Shown piece by piece: positions 12,389 through 25,752 of a DNA stretch of 64,000 bases. Position 1 is the stretch's first letter. Every line of letters starts with the position of its first letter. Both the position numbers and the translations under genes were made by a program. The notes under the pieces were generated by a model. That model searched no databases, had not been told where the DNA came from, and worked only from the letters and a program-made list of their open reading frames with translations. The DNA comes from Octopus vulgaris (lineage: Eukaryota). Where the stretch lies: NCBI GenBank assembly GCA_951406725.2, contig OX597817.1, forward strand, positions 156,612,001-156,676,000, in the 5' to 3' direction.

Positions 12389-14999
12389 GTAAGCGTAAGT
12401 TGACATTTGCCTGCTTCTCTGATCTTTCCTGCATGAATTAACCAAATAACTTTTCCTTCCCAGCGCAGTTTTGCTTTTCTTTCTTTAGAATATCTTCAAA
12501 GGAAATAAAATTTCTGGCTTCATCTTAACAGTGCCCTAATTTTAGCATCCAACACACCAAAACAACAGGGAAGTTTTTGAGATAGGGCTGTGGGTAATAG
12601 AAAGAAACCTGTTTTGCTGATGTTATTGGACTATCAGCCAGGTCATAACCTAAGTTGTTCAAGAGCACTGGCTTGCAATTATTTGTCTCCAAGCAAGATA
12701 TTTTAGTTTACCTCCTTTTGTTTATGTAATTGTGGTGAAAGGTTGCCTAGACAACTAGAGACAAAACTAACCACAAGCTCTAACATTATGTAGGGGAAAT
12801 TTTGTCCCATTCATTTAGTACCAAAGAAACCAAGTTAAACATTGACACCAAGCAGTACTGTGGTTCTTAACAGGATTAATGTTGAAACAGGAGCACAATG
12901 ACAACCTGGCACAGCTTCTGAGAATGCCATCTTGGTAAATGTTCTCCCAATGTCTTGGAGAGTGTGTTGTTTTACTGCTATACCAGTGATTATGTCTAAC
13001 ATATCTCATGACACCTGGTTGTGCTTCTGTAAACATTGAACTGAAGGCTAAGTAATCATTATGATTAACCAGCAAGAATTGAACACAGTCATAACAGGAT
13101 TTTCATGCAGTAAACTGTTATGTTAGTATTATCTCAATTTTTATAAAAATACATAATACTGAATTTAATTGTTAATAAAGTATTTAGTATTTGAACTGTA
13201 CAATCCCAAACATTGGTATTATGCAGTTTGAAAATATTGGTAGATAATAAAGTCTACAGTGTCAGGTGGGTTAACACCAAATGCTGGTATTTTACAGTGT
13301 GATCTTGAAACTTAATACTTGAACTGTACACTGTGAGATTAACACCATATCTTAGTACATTCACTATGGGACAACAATAAATATAGCCTTTAAACACAGC
13401 CTGTTAAACTGCAGTAATAGAATTTTGTGAAAATGCTATATGTAATCAATGCTTAATGAACTAATGGTTGTTGTGAATTCTAGTCTTGCCATAGATAGTG
13501 AAGCATCAAGGACATAATTGTTATTTCCGTGGTGGTGGTGGTGGTGTGCTATGATCTCGTCTGTTTTAAACACTAAACCTGTATAAATATTACCCTAGCT
13601 TGTCACTCTTTTCTGCTCTTGCTTCCCTGCTGAATGCAGTGTTGTTTGGTGCACACTAACTACATCACTCTTACATATGTGTCTATGTCACTCAAATTCA
13701 CATCAACTGAGTAGTTCACTGCCGTAGAGCATAAGACATGTATACCATTTCGGTGCACAGTAAATGTGTGCACTAGTTGCCAACTGAAAACACATTGCAC
13801 ATCATTTTAAAGGTTGAGGTATTCAGTATTATCTAATCATAATCCAGTGTCCAGCAGTTGTATTATCTATAGTGGTAAAAAGAAGCTATGTGAAAATGTC
13901 CCAGAAACGGGGTTTTTTGGGGGGTTTTTTTTTCATATTTTACTTGCTGGTAGAATGTTGTATAACTTTGGCTAGTCTTACTGAAGATTGGCAGACTCTT
14001 AGAATGTCAGACAAATGCCCTACAATATTTAGTGACCTTTGTTTTGAGTTGGTAAAATAAAGTACCAGTCACATCTTATATTCATTGAAATTGACTCTAA
14101 GCCTTCAAAGGATGATGGATTGGCAGAATCATTAGAACCTCGGACAAAATGCCTTGTGATAATTGCTTCACATCTTTACCTCCTGAGTTCATATCTCACC
14201 AAGGTCAATGTTGCCTTTCGTTCTTCTATTGTCAGTACAATAAAGTACCAGTTGAGCACTGGGGTTGATGTAATCAATTAATCTCCTTTCTTCAAAAATT
14301 GCTGGCCTTGTGCCAAAATCAGAAAGTATTATTTTATACACACTTCACTAAACATTGAATTTTTGGACTCACCATAAAATAAATAAGAACACATTTACAA
14401 TACAATATACAGTACAGATGACAATGAGAAGTATTACAATATCTGAGGAATCTTAAACATTATACTTTGCTATCAGATTCACCTTGGCGACACTGGTTTG
14501 ATGTGAGGTAACTAGTGTTATAAGACCAACTCCTATCTCTCTACATTCAATGATGCCTGCTTGAATCCTAAAAAGGTAATGCCTTCCGCAACTAAATGTG
14601 GAAGGACAACCTGTCTATAAAAGGATTGGCTGAGAGTTACATTGTAAGTTGCGGTAATATTAGGGAATAGTGTTGAAGTCCTGCTTGGAAGAAAAATCTC
14701 TCATTTCCAAATCATGTCACTAAAGACTGCATCTCTGACTCTACTTCTACCATGTTCTTGGCAGTAACTGTTAACTCATTAGACTTTCCTTTAATTGTAG
14801 TTAAATCTTATAGAGAGGAGACATTGCAAGTTAGAGTTATTAACTGTCTTGATTAATCCCATACAGGATATGTATAGGTACAAAAATAGGATACCTGAAG
14901 ACAGTTGAGGATTAAATTAAGCCAAGTTGAGTTTTGAGAGGATAGATTATGTTGATCTGAAAATTATGACCTCCCTTGGTAAACATAAAGGTTAGTCAA

Positions 15000-15119
15000 T
15001 GTCATGTTGGACTAACTGAAAACTGCCAGCATCATATCAGACTAACTAGGGACTACCAGTATCATACTAGGTTGACTGGGGACTATTAGCATTATGTGGG
15101 ACTATCTAGGGACTACAAG

Positions 15120-15150
<31 letters not shown>

Positions 15151-15430
15151 GTTTAGCATCCGTTTTCCATCGTGTTTGATTAATCAGAGACTAACCAGAG
15201 ACCGCAAGCTTCATGTTGGATTACCTGGGGACTATAAGCAGCATGTTTGATTAGCTGGGGACTGCCAGCATATTGTTGGACTGAGTACTACCAGTATTAT
15301 GATGAACTAACTGAGGACTGCCTGTCTTTCTGGATTAGCTGGAGAATGGTAGTAGGACCAGCTAGGATCTTGAGTATCATGTTGGACTATATAGGGACTG
15401 CTAATATCATGGTGGATCTGCTGGGATCAC
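15000..15430. repeat. Degenerate minisatellite, 30-bp unit, interrupted by an RTE tail
   Basis: catgttggactaactggggactaccagcat-like units; actaac at 15011 and 15041 gives period 30. Confidence 0.8.
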
Positions 15431-16249
15431 CATAATCTGCTGCCAGATTTTATTTCAATTGTGAAGATATTTTAAAATGAAAGAAGTAAAAAAAAAAAAA
15501 AAAACTTTTCACTGAAATAGAAACTGTGAAATGGCTGCTTCACTTGGCACGGCGCTATGTCATCCATTTTCAACTTGAGCCATGTTGAAAAGTGCCTTCC
15601 AAATTCTTGCTTGGCAAGAAAATCAGCAGTTGCTGAGAGCTTGGTATTAATTGACAAAAAATCAGGTGAGACCTCAGGTAGGCCAGAGCATTCAAATTTT
15701 GGCAAGAAAATTCTTTGTCTTCATAGTAGTATTGTTTCTTTTTTTAAAAATTTTATTTTGTTTCTCTTACTGTTGTTGTTATTCATTTATTTTGGTTTGG
15801 TTTGGTTTGGTTTTTATCTTTTTCTTCTTTAGCACTGCATGAGCTCTTAATTCAGCTTGTTGAGTTTATAATCCATCAACCCTGATGCCCTCCTATTAGA
15901 CAGCATCTATTTAGCATGGTATTCACTGAATATAGTTCTATGTGACATCTTATCCCTTCTCTATCCCAAATGTGAACTTGACGTAGCAAAATAAAAAAAA
16001 AAAAGAAATAAAAGTTCTCCTGAAACCTGCACTAAAGTATGTGTGTGCTTGTGTGTACAGTAGAAGCTGCTTATTATAATCAACGATAAAGTTATCAAAT
16101 GATTATTGTTATGAAACCAGTGGATCTTGAACTCTGTTCAAAATGAATTATCAGCTGGTTATTAGTGTGTACCAGTTATTATTAAAAAATGACTTCATCC
16201 CAAAGTGATCACACTTTCAGGCTTCCACACACTGTGTGTGTGTGAATTG

Positions 16250-16600
16250 CAGGAATGACTGTGATTAAGAAATTTACTTTGCAATCATGTGGTCTTGGGC
16301 TCAATCACACTTACATGACACTTTGGGCAAGAGTTTTCTACTATAGCTCTGGGCTATAGTAGATAGACACTATGCAGAAGCCTATTGTGTATATACATGT
16401 GTGTGTGTGTGTGTCTCACTGCTTGACAAACAGTGTTGGTTTATCTACATACCCATAACTTAGCAGTTTGACAAAAATAACTGATAGAATAAATCCCAGG
16501 CTTAAAAATAAGTACTGGATGTCAATTTGATTGACTAAACACTTCAAGGCATTGCCTCATTATGGCTGCTCTCCAGTGACTGGAACCAGTAAAAGAACCA
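16250..16600 (+). mobile_element. Decayed SINE family 3 copy
   Basis: Head, (TG)n and tail are collinear with 21183-21595 but diverged. Confidence 0.7.
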
Positions 16601-18225
16601 GACAAAAAATGTATATTTCTGTGTTAGTATAGATATGTTGACACAGGCATGACTGACTGGGTCAGAAGTACTGGATTTGACACCACTTTGTGGCATGTTT
16701 GGTGAGCATCTTTAGCATAGCCTTGGGGTCAGCCTAAACCATATGAAGGGAAGTAGGTTTGATAGAAGCTATAGAAAACCCATCAGATGGATCATAAATG
16801 TAATTCAGAGGTTCAACTTTATTGCATTGATTCCACCTTAGAATCATATTAAGGATTCATGTCTGTGAAGTATGGTATACTCAGCCACTTAGCACATCAA
16901 TTCAATGAGTCAGTTGTTCTGTTGATTGGACAACTAGATGTTCATGTTGAAATTGATTGTGTGTGTGTGTGTGTAATAGAAATTTGTATATGTATATTTG
17001 AGCATATTTGTATGTATGTGTTTATATATATATATATATATATATATAATGTACACAGACATATGTATATGTTTGTGTGTGTATAAATAATTGCAAGACA
17101 AGGCAGGAAAAGTTTATTGTTTGGGAATAAATTCTTGCATGTTTTCACAATTATTCTTTCATATTTCTAAATTGTTTCTTTAAAAGAAGCAAAAATTACT
17201 CTTTTAAAAATCAATGTTGTGATAATTCCAGTATTTTGTCTTCATCATTGGTGTCCAGTTCTGGCTCCTAACTTAAAACTGATTCAAGAAAGTAATTCAA
17301 AGTAAAATTACTCTAGTCTTTGTGGATCTACTACAGCCTCTGCTCTGCAGACATTTTTGTTATCTGCCCCTATCAGCATCTACAAGGTGTCTTCAAGGAC
17401 TAGTAACTCTTGTTGTCTGTATGTCACCCTTTTAATCTTGTTTATTTTTGTATCTGCCACTTACATGGTATTCACTCCATTTTGGAGCTGATATGCTCCA
17501 ATCCACTACTATGTGTAGTTAGTGTGCAGCTTAGGTAGAGGTGAGTGGCATTTGCGTACTACACAATGGTAAAAGTTTTTGAAATCCACTGGCTGTCTTT
17601 AACAATACACTTGCTTGAACAGCAAGAGGGCTTAGCCCTTTTGTGGTCATGTTTCTAATGAAGTACACTATTCATGTGTTTTAATTTTTAATGTAATCTT
17701 GAGTTTGGAGGGTTTAAAAATACAACCAATTCCTCCATTATTAAGATGGTGGTTGGAATATAATTTAACAAAAGGTTTTATAAAATATTATGATGGGAGG
17801 CATAAATTGAAATATGAACACTCTTAGATGAATGTTTTTGTATCATAAAATTCAGAGATGGTATCAAGCTGTTGGTATCAAAAGGACTAAAGGGACATTT
17901 AGATTGTTATTTTTCTCTTTATCTATTACATCTTGAGAGAATCTGGGTAGGCCCTTCTATCATTTACACATACTGAATGGCCAAAATGTGATCACTGCAT
18001 AGGTGTAGCATTTACTGAATCAACATTTTCTGAGAATGAGTTACAAAGGTGATGTCTTTTTTGGCATTTCCAATGATTTACTTCAGATAGTCTAAGGAGA
18101 ATTGGTAAAATGTTTCTTTTACTTTGAAATAGTGAAGGATTTTTCGTGTTTTATCTGTGGATTATTTTCATTTCCACTCTATCTCTCCGTGTTATATATA
18201 ACTGAACTATGCTTCCAAGGAATAG

Positions 18226-18260
<35 letters not shown>

Positions 18261-20387
18261 AATTGTGATTTAAAGGTATTTTGTCTGTTGAGTAGACCTA
18301 TAATCAAAGATATTTCAGCTGTGACGAACCTGTAATTTTTTTTCCAACTTAGAATGTATCTAGGACTACAATGTCCAGTATGCCTTGCCCTTTTTAAACT
18401 ATTACATATATAAATTTGTTGATCTTTCAAGATTTGTTCCTAGGGAGGGTGTTTATTTTTAAATAGAAATTGAACACTTAATCATAATAATAGTAATAGG
18501 GTGCTCAACTCAAGCGTATTGAGGGTGTGTGATTGGAAGGATGGCACCGTATAAAGGTTTTGTTCTGGGAATTACACTGGATATACTGTATAATATTGAA
18601 CCTGGACCCTTACATTCCAAATTTAAAGAGATGGGCAATAAATTAATCACTTAGTATATTATACTAGGAACCAAAATACCAGCCAAGTTCCCTCAAGAAA
18701 AAAGGATAAAAGGGTTAGATAACCTTGGATAATAATAAGATAAAGTTAACCCCATAAAAAGGGTTCCAAAACGTGTGCTTTGCTTTGTTAATTTTCTCTA
18801 ATTTATTACAATTATTGATTTTTTTTCTTTATTCATGATAAATTTATTATAATTTTAACTATTTTTTGAAAAATCTGCTTAAATTATTTCCTACATAATT
18901 AATTTGCTACTATTTATTTTTGATACTGCGTCCTGATTTACCCGTTGCTATTTGAAATCATTAGAAATATTAAAACTTCAGAGATGAAATGGGTGGGGAT
19001 TAAAAGGTGGACCACTGATTTGCCTGTTGTTAGTCTAAATTAGCCGCTTGACTTTGTTTGGTTCCTTTTTAGGGTCTTTTTATTTCAATTTCTTTTGGTC
19101 TGTTTTCTTTTTCCCTTTAATTTTGTTAACATGTTGAACATATGTTATCAGCCAGGCATACTGAGGCAAGCAGAGTAACGTGCCTTGTTCAGGGGCATGA
19201 CACAATAGCTGTAGTTCTAGTAGAAGTAGGTGTAGCGATATAGTAGTTGTAGAAAAGTACGGTTTGAATTTATAACCAGTATGGTCAGTAATAAAAAAAA
19301 AAAAAGGACAGTCATTAGAACTGATAGATTAGTGATGGCCTGTGTTGAGAAGAACTGGATTGGATTAAAAGACTGAAACTATTGTACAATGGTGTATTGT
19401 CATGAATTGAAGTAGAGACTAATGTTCCAGGTAAGGTAATCGGTCAAAAGATAGTGAATTAACGATAAAAGAAACAAGGCAGCTATAACAAAAAAAAAGC
19501 ATTAGTCTCTACTTCATTTCATCATACAATGACATGGAACTTTTCAGTTTTTCCATTCCATGTGAACAATAGCCCAACATCTTAAACTTCGCAGCTATTT
19601 ATGTGTAGAGTGTAGGAAGCAAATCCTTCCTTGTCTTCCGTCATTGCCAGACTTTTCTGTAGAACTACAACTGTTCAGCATGCCCCTTCCATTTTAGCTG
19701 TTGTCTACAAACTTTGTTGTCATCTGTTGGCCATTGTAGAGCAAAAGTGGGTTCCTGGTGAACCTGCTTGTGATTTCAATTCCTGTGTCACTCCTATCAT
19801 GTTGCCAATATACCCTTAGTAAAGGCATGAATGTTTCAACTTCACACACACACAGATTACACCAAGAAACTTATGTAATTGTTTCAAATTTCTCACAACT
19901 TGCCTCCTTATAATTATTTTCAAAGTAAAATGATTTGGGCCTTATTGAAATTCTTTTTTTCTAAATTGTGTTTTGAAATGATTTTAAGGGGCTGTCACTT
20001 TTGCTACAGAAGCACCAATGCCAAATTTCTACAGTTTTATTATTATTATTATTATTAGATGAAAACAGCTATCAGCCTCTTTGTCTTTGTTTTTTTTTAT
20101 ATTTTTTATAATTTATTTAATGTATATACTTGTGAAAAAAAAACATTTCAAATGGTTTAGTCTCTGTTTACCATGTGGGTTAGCTTAAAACCTAATAACT
20201 TGTTCCCTTTGAATGTCTAATTTGGTGGATGGTAGAGTTCATAGAGCCTCAAACAAAATAATTTGTGGCATTTGTTTATATCCTTTAATGTTCTCAGTAA
20301 AATTCTACTCTAGACTATTTTGCATCCTTCTGAGATCAATAAACCAAGCGCTAGTGAGATGCTGGGGTTAATATAATTGATGACCCT

Positions 20388-20635
20388 ATGCCGGTGATAC
20401 GTAAAAAGCACCATCCGATCGTGGCCGTTTGCCAGCCTCGTCTGGCACCTGTGCAGGTGGCACGTAAAAAACACCCACTACACTCACGGAGTGGTTGGCG
20501 TTAGGAAGGGCATCCAGCTGTAGAAACACTGCCAGATCAGACTGGGCCTGGCGCAGCCTTCTGGCTTCCCAGACCCCAGTTGAACTGTCCAACCCATGCC
20601 AGCATGGAAAACGGACGTTAAACGATGATGATGAT
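20388..20635 (+). mobile_element. RTE LINE 3' UTR fragment
   Basis: Same 3' end as 4511-4960. Confidence 0.85.
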
Positions 20636-20844
20636 AGTGATGTATAACACTTGGAGGTAATAGTTAGTGGATAATTGTAACTAGCTTCCAATTTTATGAA
20701 AGATAGGTTTATCTTTTGAAATCCAATGTTAACTTTAATGTAGATTTCAGCCCAAGATTTTAATTTGAATTTGAACATTTGAATGGAGATAGTTTACAAG
20801 TTGGTGCTGAAGGAGTTTGTCACATGTTCATGCATGTGTGTGTT

Positions 20845-21168
20845 GTGAAGGTACGTGGCTTAGTGGTTAGGGTGGTCATTCCACAGTTGTAAAGTCGTGA
20901 GTTCGATTCCCGGTGACGCGTTGTGTCCTTGAGCAAGACACTTTATTTCACGTTGCTCCAGTCCACTTAGCTGGCAAAAATGAGTTGCAGCTGTATTTCA
21001 AAGGGCCGGCCTTGTCACATTCTGTGTCGTGCTGAATCTCCCTGAGAACTGTGTTAAGGGTGCATGTGTCTGTGGAGTGCTCTGCTGTTTGCATGTTAAT
21101 TTCATAAGCAAGCTGTTCTGTTGATCAGATCAACTGAAACTCTGATCATCGTAACCAATGGAGTGCCA
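20845..21168 (+). mobile_element. SINE with a distinct head sharing the family 2 3' half (truncated relative at 55720-55933)
   Basis: tggcttagtggttag...gagttcgattcc...ccttgagcaagacacttt, then gtatttcaaagggccggccttgtcac...ggagtgcca. Confidence 0.8.
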
Positions 21169-21182
21169 GTTTTTAGATATAT

Positions 21183-21595
21183 AGGCGCAGGAGTGGCTGT
21201 GTGGTAAGTAGCTTGCTAACCAACCACATGGTTCCGGGTTCAGTCCCACTGCGTGGCATCTTGGGCAAGTGTCTTCTGCTATAGCCCCGGGCCGACCAAT
21301 GCCTTGTGAGTGGATTTGGTAGACGGAAACTGAAAGAAGCGTGTCGTATATATATGTATATATATATGTATGTGTGTGTGTGTTTGTGTGTCTGTGTTTG
21401 TCCCCCTAGCATTGCTTGACAACCGATGCTGGTTTGTTTACATCCCCGTCACTTAGCGGTTCAGCAAAAGAGACCAATAGAATAAGTACTGGGCTTACAA
21501 AGAATAAGTCCCGGGGTCGATTTGCTCGACTAAAGGCGGTGCTCCAGCATGGCCGCAGTCAAATGACTGAAACAAGTAAAAGAGTAAAGAGAGTA
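21183..21595 (+). mobile_element. tRNA-derived SINE, family 3, with internal (TA)/(TG) microsatellite
   Basis: aggcgcaggagtggctgtgtggtaag...ggttcagtccc...cttgggcaagtg; tail gaaacaagtaaaagagta. Confidence 0.9.
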
Positions 21596-22985
21596 CCCAA
21601 GAAGACCTGTCCTCCACGACAGAAATGTTAAGGCTGAATCTGATGAAGAGGATTGGCCTGCAAGAGTCCAGTGCCAGCATCGCATAAAAAGCACTTGCGT
21701 CGGTGCCACGAAAAAGCACTCATGCCAGTGGAATGTTGAAAGCACCCAGCACACACAGTAGAGAGATTAGCATTAGGAAGGGTACCCAGCCATAGAAACC
21801 AAGCCGAATCAGACTGGAATCTGGTGCAGCTGCCCAGCTTGCCACTTCTGGTCAAACCATCCAACCCATGCCAGCATGGAAAACAGATGCTAAATGATGA
21901 TGATGATGATGATGATATATATTAAGGTGATACTCCAGCATGGCCACAGTCAAATGACTGAAACAAGTAAAAGAATAGTGTGTGTGTGTGTGTATATATG
22001 TATGTATGTATGTATGTACGTCTACCATCCTACCCATGCATGGAAGATGGATGTTAAATGATTATATATATATCAAGGAAGAGAAATAAGAATAAAATGA
22101 ATGGACAGTTTGGGTATTACTTCACATTTTGGCATAACATTTTTATTTAGAACATGGGTATATTGTGAAACTTGACTTGTTGGAATTATGCAACATCATG
22201 ATGTAATGTTATGCAGATTGGTGTTTTTTATAAAGCACCACTTCTTTAGGTATGCCTTAGAGTATTTTTTTAGTATTTTTTAGAATCACAAATATATAGA
22301 ACATGAACATGGTACCCAATGATAAACAGACAAAATTGTTTGAAATGTTGTGGTTTACAACAGAAGACTAAAATCATAAATATTGTAAAAAAAGAAAAAA
22401 AATTTAAAGCAAAAATAAAATGATATTTTGAAAAGAAAAACCAAATTGGTCAGATTTATGATGATATTGGATAAAATATGATTTGGTTCATTACTGGCCA
22501 AAATATTTATCTACAATGTCATAACTGGAAAAAAAAATTTTTTAATGATTAAAAGCTAAAACAGAATTGGAGTTCCTGGAGAGTAAGAATACAATTTTTT
22601 AAAAAACTTTTCTTTTTTATTCCATTTACTCCAAAGACAGTGGTAGTACTTCATAACAACTAAAAGTACTAAACCAATTTTCAACTATTCCACAAAACTA
22701 TGACCACACACACACACACATATATATATTATATATATACACACACACACATACGCATACATATTTATGAACTACATACCTACCTATTTTAGTCGGTGTT
22801 GTGACAGCATGTACTGACTACGTATATATATCCTCTCCCCTGTACTACACACGACTATTTTTTTAGTCTTAGTTTTGTGGTGGTGTCATTCCTGTCATCT
22901 CTACCAGTGTCTTATTTTCAATCTCTGTGTACGTATATGTGTGTATACATTTGTATATAATATATATATATATATATATGTATAT

Positions 22986-23367
22986 GGAGGCGTAATGGCC
23001 CAGTGGTTAGGGCAGCGGACTCGCGGTCGTAGGATCGCGGTTTCGATTCCCAGACCGGGCGTTGTGAGTGTTTATTGAGCGAAAACGCCTAAAGCTCCAC
23101 GAGGCTCCGGCAGGGGATGGTGGTGATCCCTGCTGTACTCTTTCACCACAACTTTCTCTCACTCTTACTTCCTGTTTCTGTTGTACCTGTATTTCAAAGG
23201 GCCGGCCTTGTCACTATCTGTGTCACGCTGAATATCTCCGAGAATTACGTTAAGGGTACACGTGTCTGTGGAGTGCTCAGCCACTTACACGTTAATTTCA
23301 CGAGCAGGCTGTTCCGTTGATCGGATCAACCGGAACCTTCGTCGTCGTAACCGACAGAGTGCTTCCA
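22986..23367 (+). mobile_element. SINE family 2 copy
   Basis: Nearly identical to 7443-7825; sits in (TA)n sequence. Confidence 0.9.
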
Positions 23368-24070
23368 ACATATGTATGTTTATATATATATATATATACT
23401 TTATATGCATGTGTGTGGACACGAGTCTATTAGTAGTATTGTGTGTGTGCGTGTGTGTGATTTTCATAGAAGTATTTTTTTAGTTAATTAATTTAATAAT
23501 TATAGCTGTTGTCAGTATTGTTGTAGTTGTTGTTGTTGTTTCTAAATAGCTTGTGTTGTGTCCATTGTTTATTACAAGTTATTAGAAACAATGTTGACTG
23601 TTAGGGATTTTTTTTTTAATTTATCAAAGCAATTGCATTAATTCTGTAAAAATATGCATTAATTATGTTCATTAATTAAGCTAACTGAACAAATAATTAA
23701 CCTCCTTTTTTTAAGGAGAGTATTACATTTCAATGTAGATATCCCAATGTGGGGTTGTCAACACACAGAACACCTGAACTAGCATATATATTGTATTTTA
23801 TTTTCGATGTGTGTGTGTGTGTATATATGTATGCATATGTGTGTGTGTGTGTATAAGTTCTGTTATTGCTATGGGTAGCAGAACCTATAGAGTGATGAAC
23901 AAAATGCCTTGTGGTGTTTAGTTATGACACTGTGTTCTGAGTTCAAATCCCACTGGCGTCAACTTTGCCTATCAGTCGCCTGAAGATTGATAAAATAAAG
24001 TACCAGTCAAATACTGGGGTTGATATAATCAACTGTTCCTCACGCCACAAAATTTATAATTATTATTATT

Positions 24071-24260
24071 AAGGTGGTGAGCTGGCAGAATTGTTAGCAC
24101 ACCAGGCAAAATGCTTAGCAGTATTTCGTCTGCCACTACATTCTGAGTTCAAATTCCGCCCAAGTTGACTTTGCCTTTCATCTTTTCAAGGTCAATTAAA
24201 TAAGTACCAGTTACGCACTGGGGTTAATGAAACTGACTAGTCCCCCCACCCCCAAATTAT
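24071..24260 (+). mobile_element. SINE family 1 copy (a more degenerate copy precedes it at about 23870-24055)
   Basis: aaggtggtgagctggcagaa...gagttcaaattcc...ctttgcctttcatc...aagtaccagttacgcactgggg. Confidence 0.85.
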
Positions 24261-24530
24261 TATTATTATTTGGCTGAATGGATAGTAAAAAAAATTTGCT
24301 TTCATGAGACGAAGTGATTGATTTGTGTGATACGATATTAAATGCAGTAACAATCTCTAAATTGCTCCAACAACAAATATAAATACATTTTTTGTTAATG
24401 CTATCTATTTCTCCACTCCCGCCACCCTAAAATAACAACTGTAATAAAGATTTTAATTAACTATATCTCTGTTTCATATTTTCTTTTTCTTTTTTTTTTT
24501 TCTTCGACTCTTCTTGTGTTGCCGCTTTAG

Positions 24531-24627
24531 GAGGAACGACCCCAGCTGTTTGGGAAGATATCACTGCCAGCACCCAACTTACATTTGTAAATGACTGTGT
24601 TTCATTCACAACAACTGTTTCAGCTAG
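24531..24627 (+). CDS. Ank2: Ankyrin exon, end of ZU5-C ([33 protein letters not shown])
   Basis: Long polypyrimidine tract then tttAG, AG|GTAAGC donor, 97 nt, phase 1 to 2. Not called on + in the ORF track but read directly from the sequence. Confidence 0.95.
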
Positions 24628-24703
24628 GTAAGCGTCTATCTCTCTCACAACCAATTCTCTGTTTGAAATGTCTTTACTGTTGGCTTTGTTGTCACATTGT
24701 ACT

Positions 24704-24935
24704 TATTTCTTTACTACCCACAAGGGGCTAAAGACAGAGGGGACAAACAAGGACAGACACACGGATTAAGTCGATTACATCGACCCCAGTGCATAACTGG
24801 TACTTAATTTATCGACCCCGAAAGGATGAAAGGCAAAGTCGACCTCGGCGGAATTTGATATCAGAATGTAACGGCAAACGAAATACGGCTACGCATTTCG
24901 CCCGGCGTGCTAACGATTCTGCCAGCTCGCCGCCT
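24704..24935 (-). mobile_element. SINE family 1, young copy with 20-bp target-site duplication
   Basis: Full length; ctttgttgtcacattgtact at 24684-24703 and 24934-24953. Confidence 0.92.
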
Positions 24936-25145
24936 TTGTTGTCACATTGTACTATCTGATGTACCCAGGGGTAAAACATAATCTAGCTTTCCTGTATATC
25001 TGTTTGTCTCGGCCTTTCTCCTTCTCTATTTTCGTTTACCCTCTCTTTCTCTACTTTCCCTTTCTCTCTCTATTTGTCTCTCTCTCTGTCTACATGTTTT
25101 TCTCTCCCTTTCTCCTCTATCTGTTTGTCTGTCCCATTCTCTATT

Positions 25146-25550
25146 TAATAATAATAATGAAATTATTGTATACAGTGCTCAGGTGCACCACAACTTGTCA
25201 GAGAGTGCATATAAAGTACATGCAGTAATGTAGAAATGTCTGGAAAGCGAGCAATGTATGAGTCAGATACATGCTTGTGTGTGTATGGAGGGGAGAAAAT
25301 CAGGTGTAGTGTTGGCGAATCTCAGGAAGCATGGAAGTTTTGAAGGATGCAGTGCTCCGACAACTAACAACTGATGCCGGCAGTTTGTTCCATGCCTCAG
25401 CAACTCTCAGCGTGTAAAAATGTTTCCTAAAGTCATGGGAGCTGTGCTGTTTTCTGACTTTGTAAATATGCCCACGGGTGTTAGACAGGTGGAGTTTAAA
25501 AAGGTGCTCAGAGTTATTGTTTGTAAGATGGTTAATAATTTTATGGGTGT
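25146..25550 (-). mobile_element. Second CR1-clade LINE family, 3' end (tail-only copy at about 2268-2385)
   Basis: HLFKLHLSNTRGHIYKVRKQHSSHDFRKHFYTLRVAEAWNKLPASVV, then 3' UTR and (TTA)n tail. Confidence 0.88.
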
Positions 25551-25752
25551 CCCTCTTGACTCTCTCTGATCCACATTTATCTGTCACTCTGTTTCTCTCT
25601 CTCTCTCTCTCTCTCTAAGGGACAAACATGATTGCGGTAGTAGCAGTTGTTCTTGCTTTGTTCATCATTATGAACCTTGAAATTATCTACATATAAATGT
25701 ATACACACCTGACAAATACATTCACAGATACATAAACACACATACAAATATA

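Noticed and set aside
15666-15677. 12-nt in-frame microexon (AG-gtgagacctcag-GTAGGC)
   Set aside because: The acceptor is preceded by an A-run with no pyrimidine tract; likely chance.
16058-16232. pogo/Tigger-like MITE (cagtagaagc ... gcttccacacactg)
   Set aside because: The inverted termini are too degenerate to support from one copy.
21630-21720. Hammerhead ribozyme core (CTGATGA)
   Set aside because: I could not build the flanking stems or a correctly placed GAAA.
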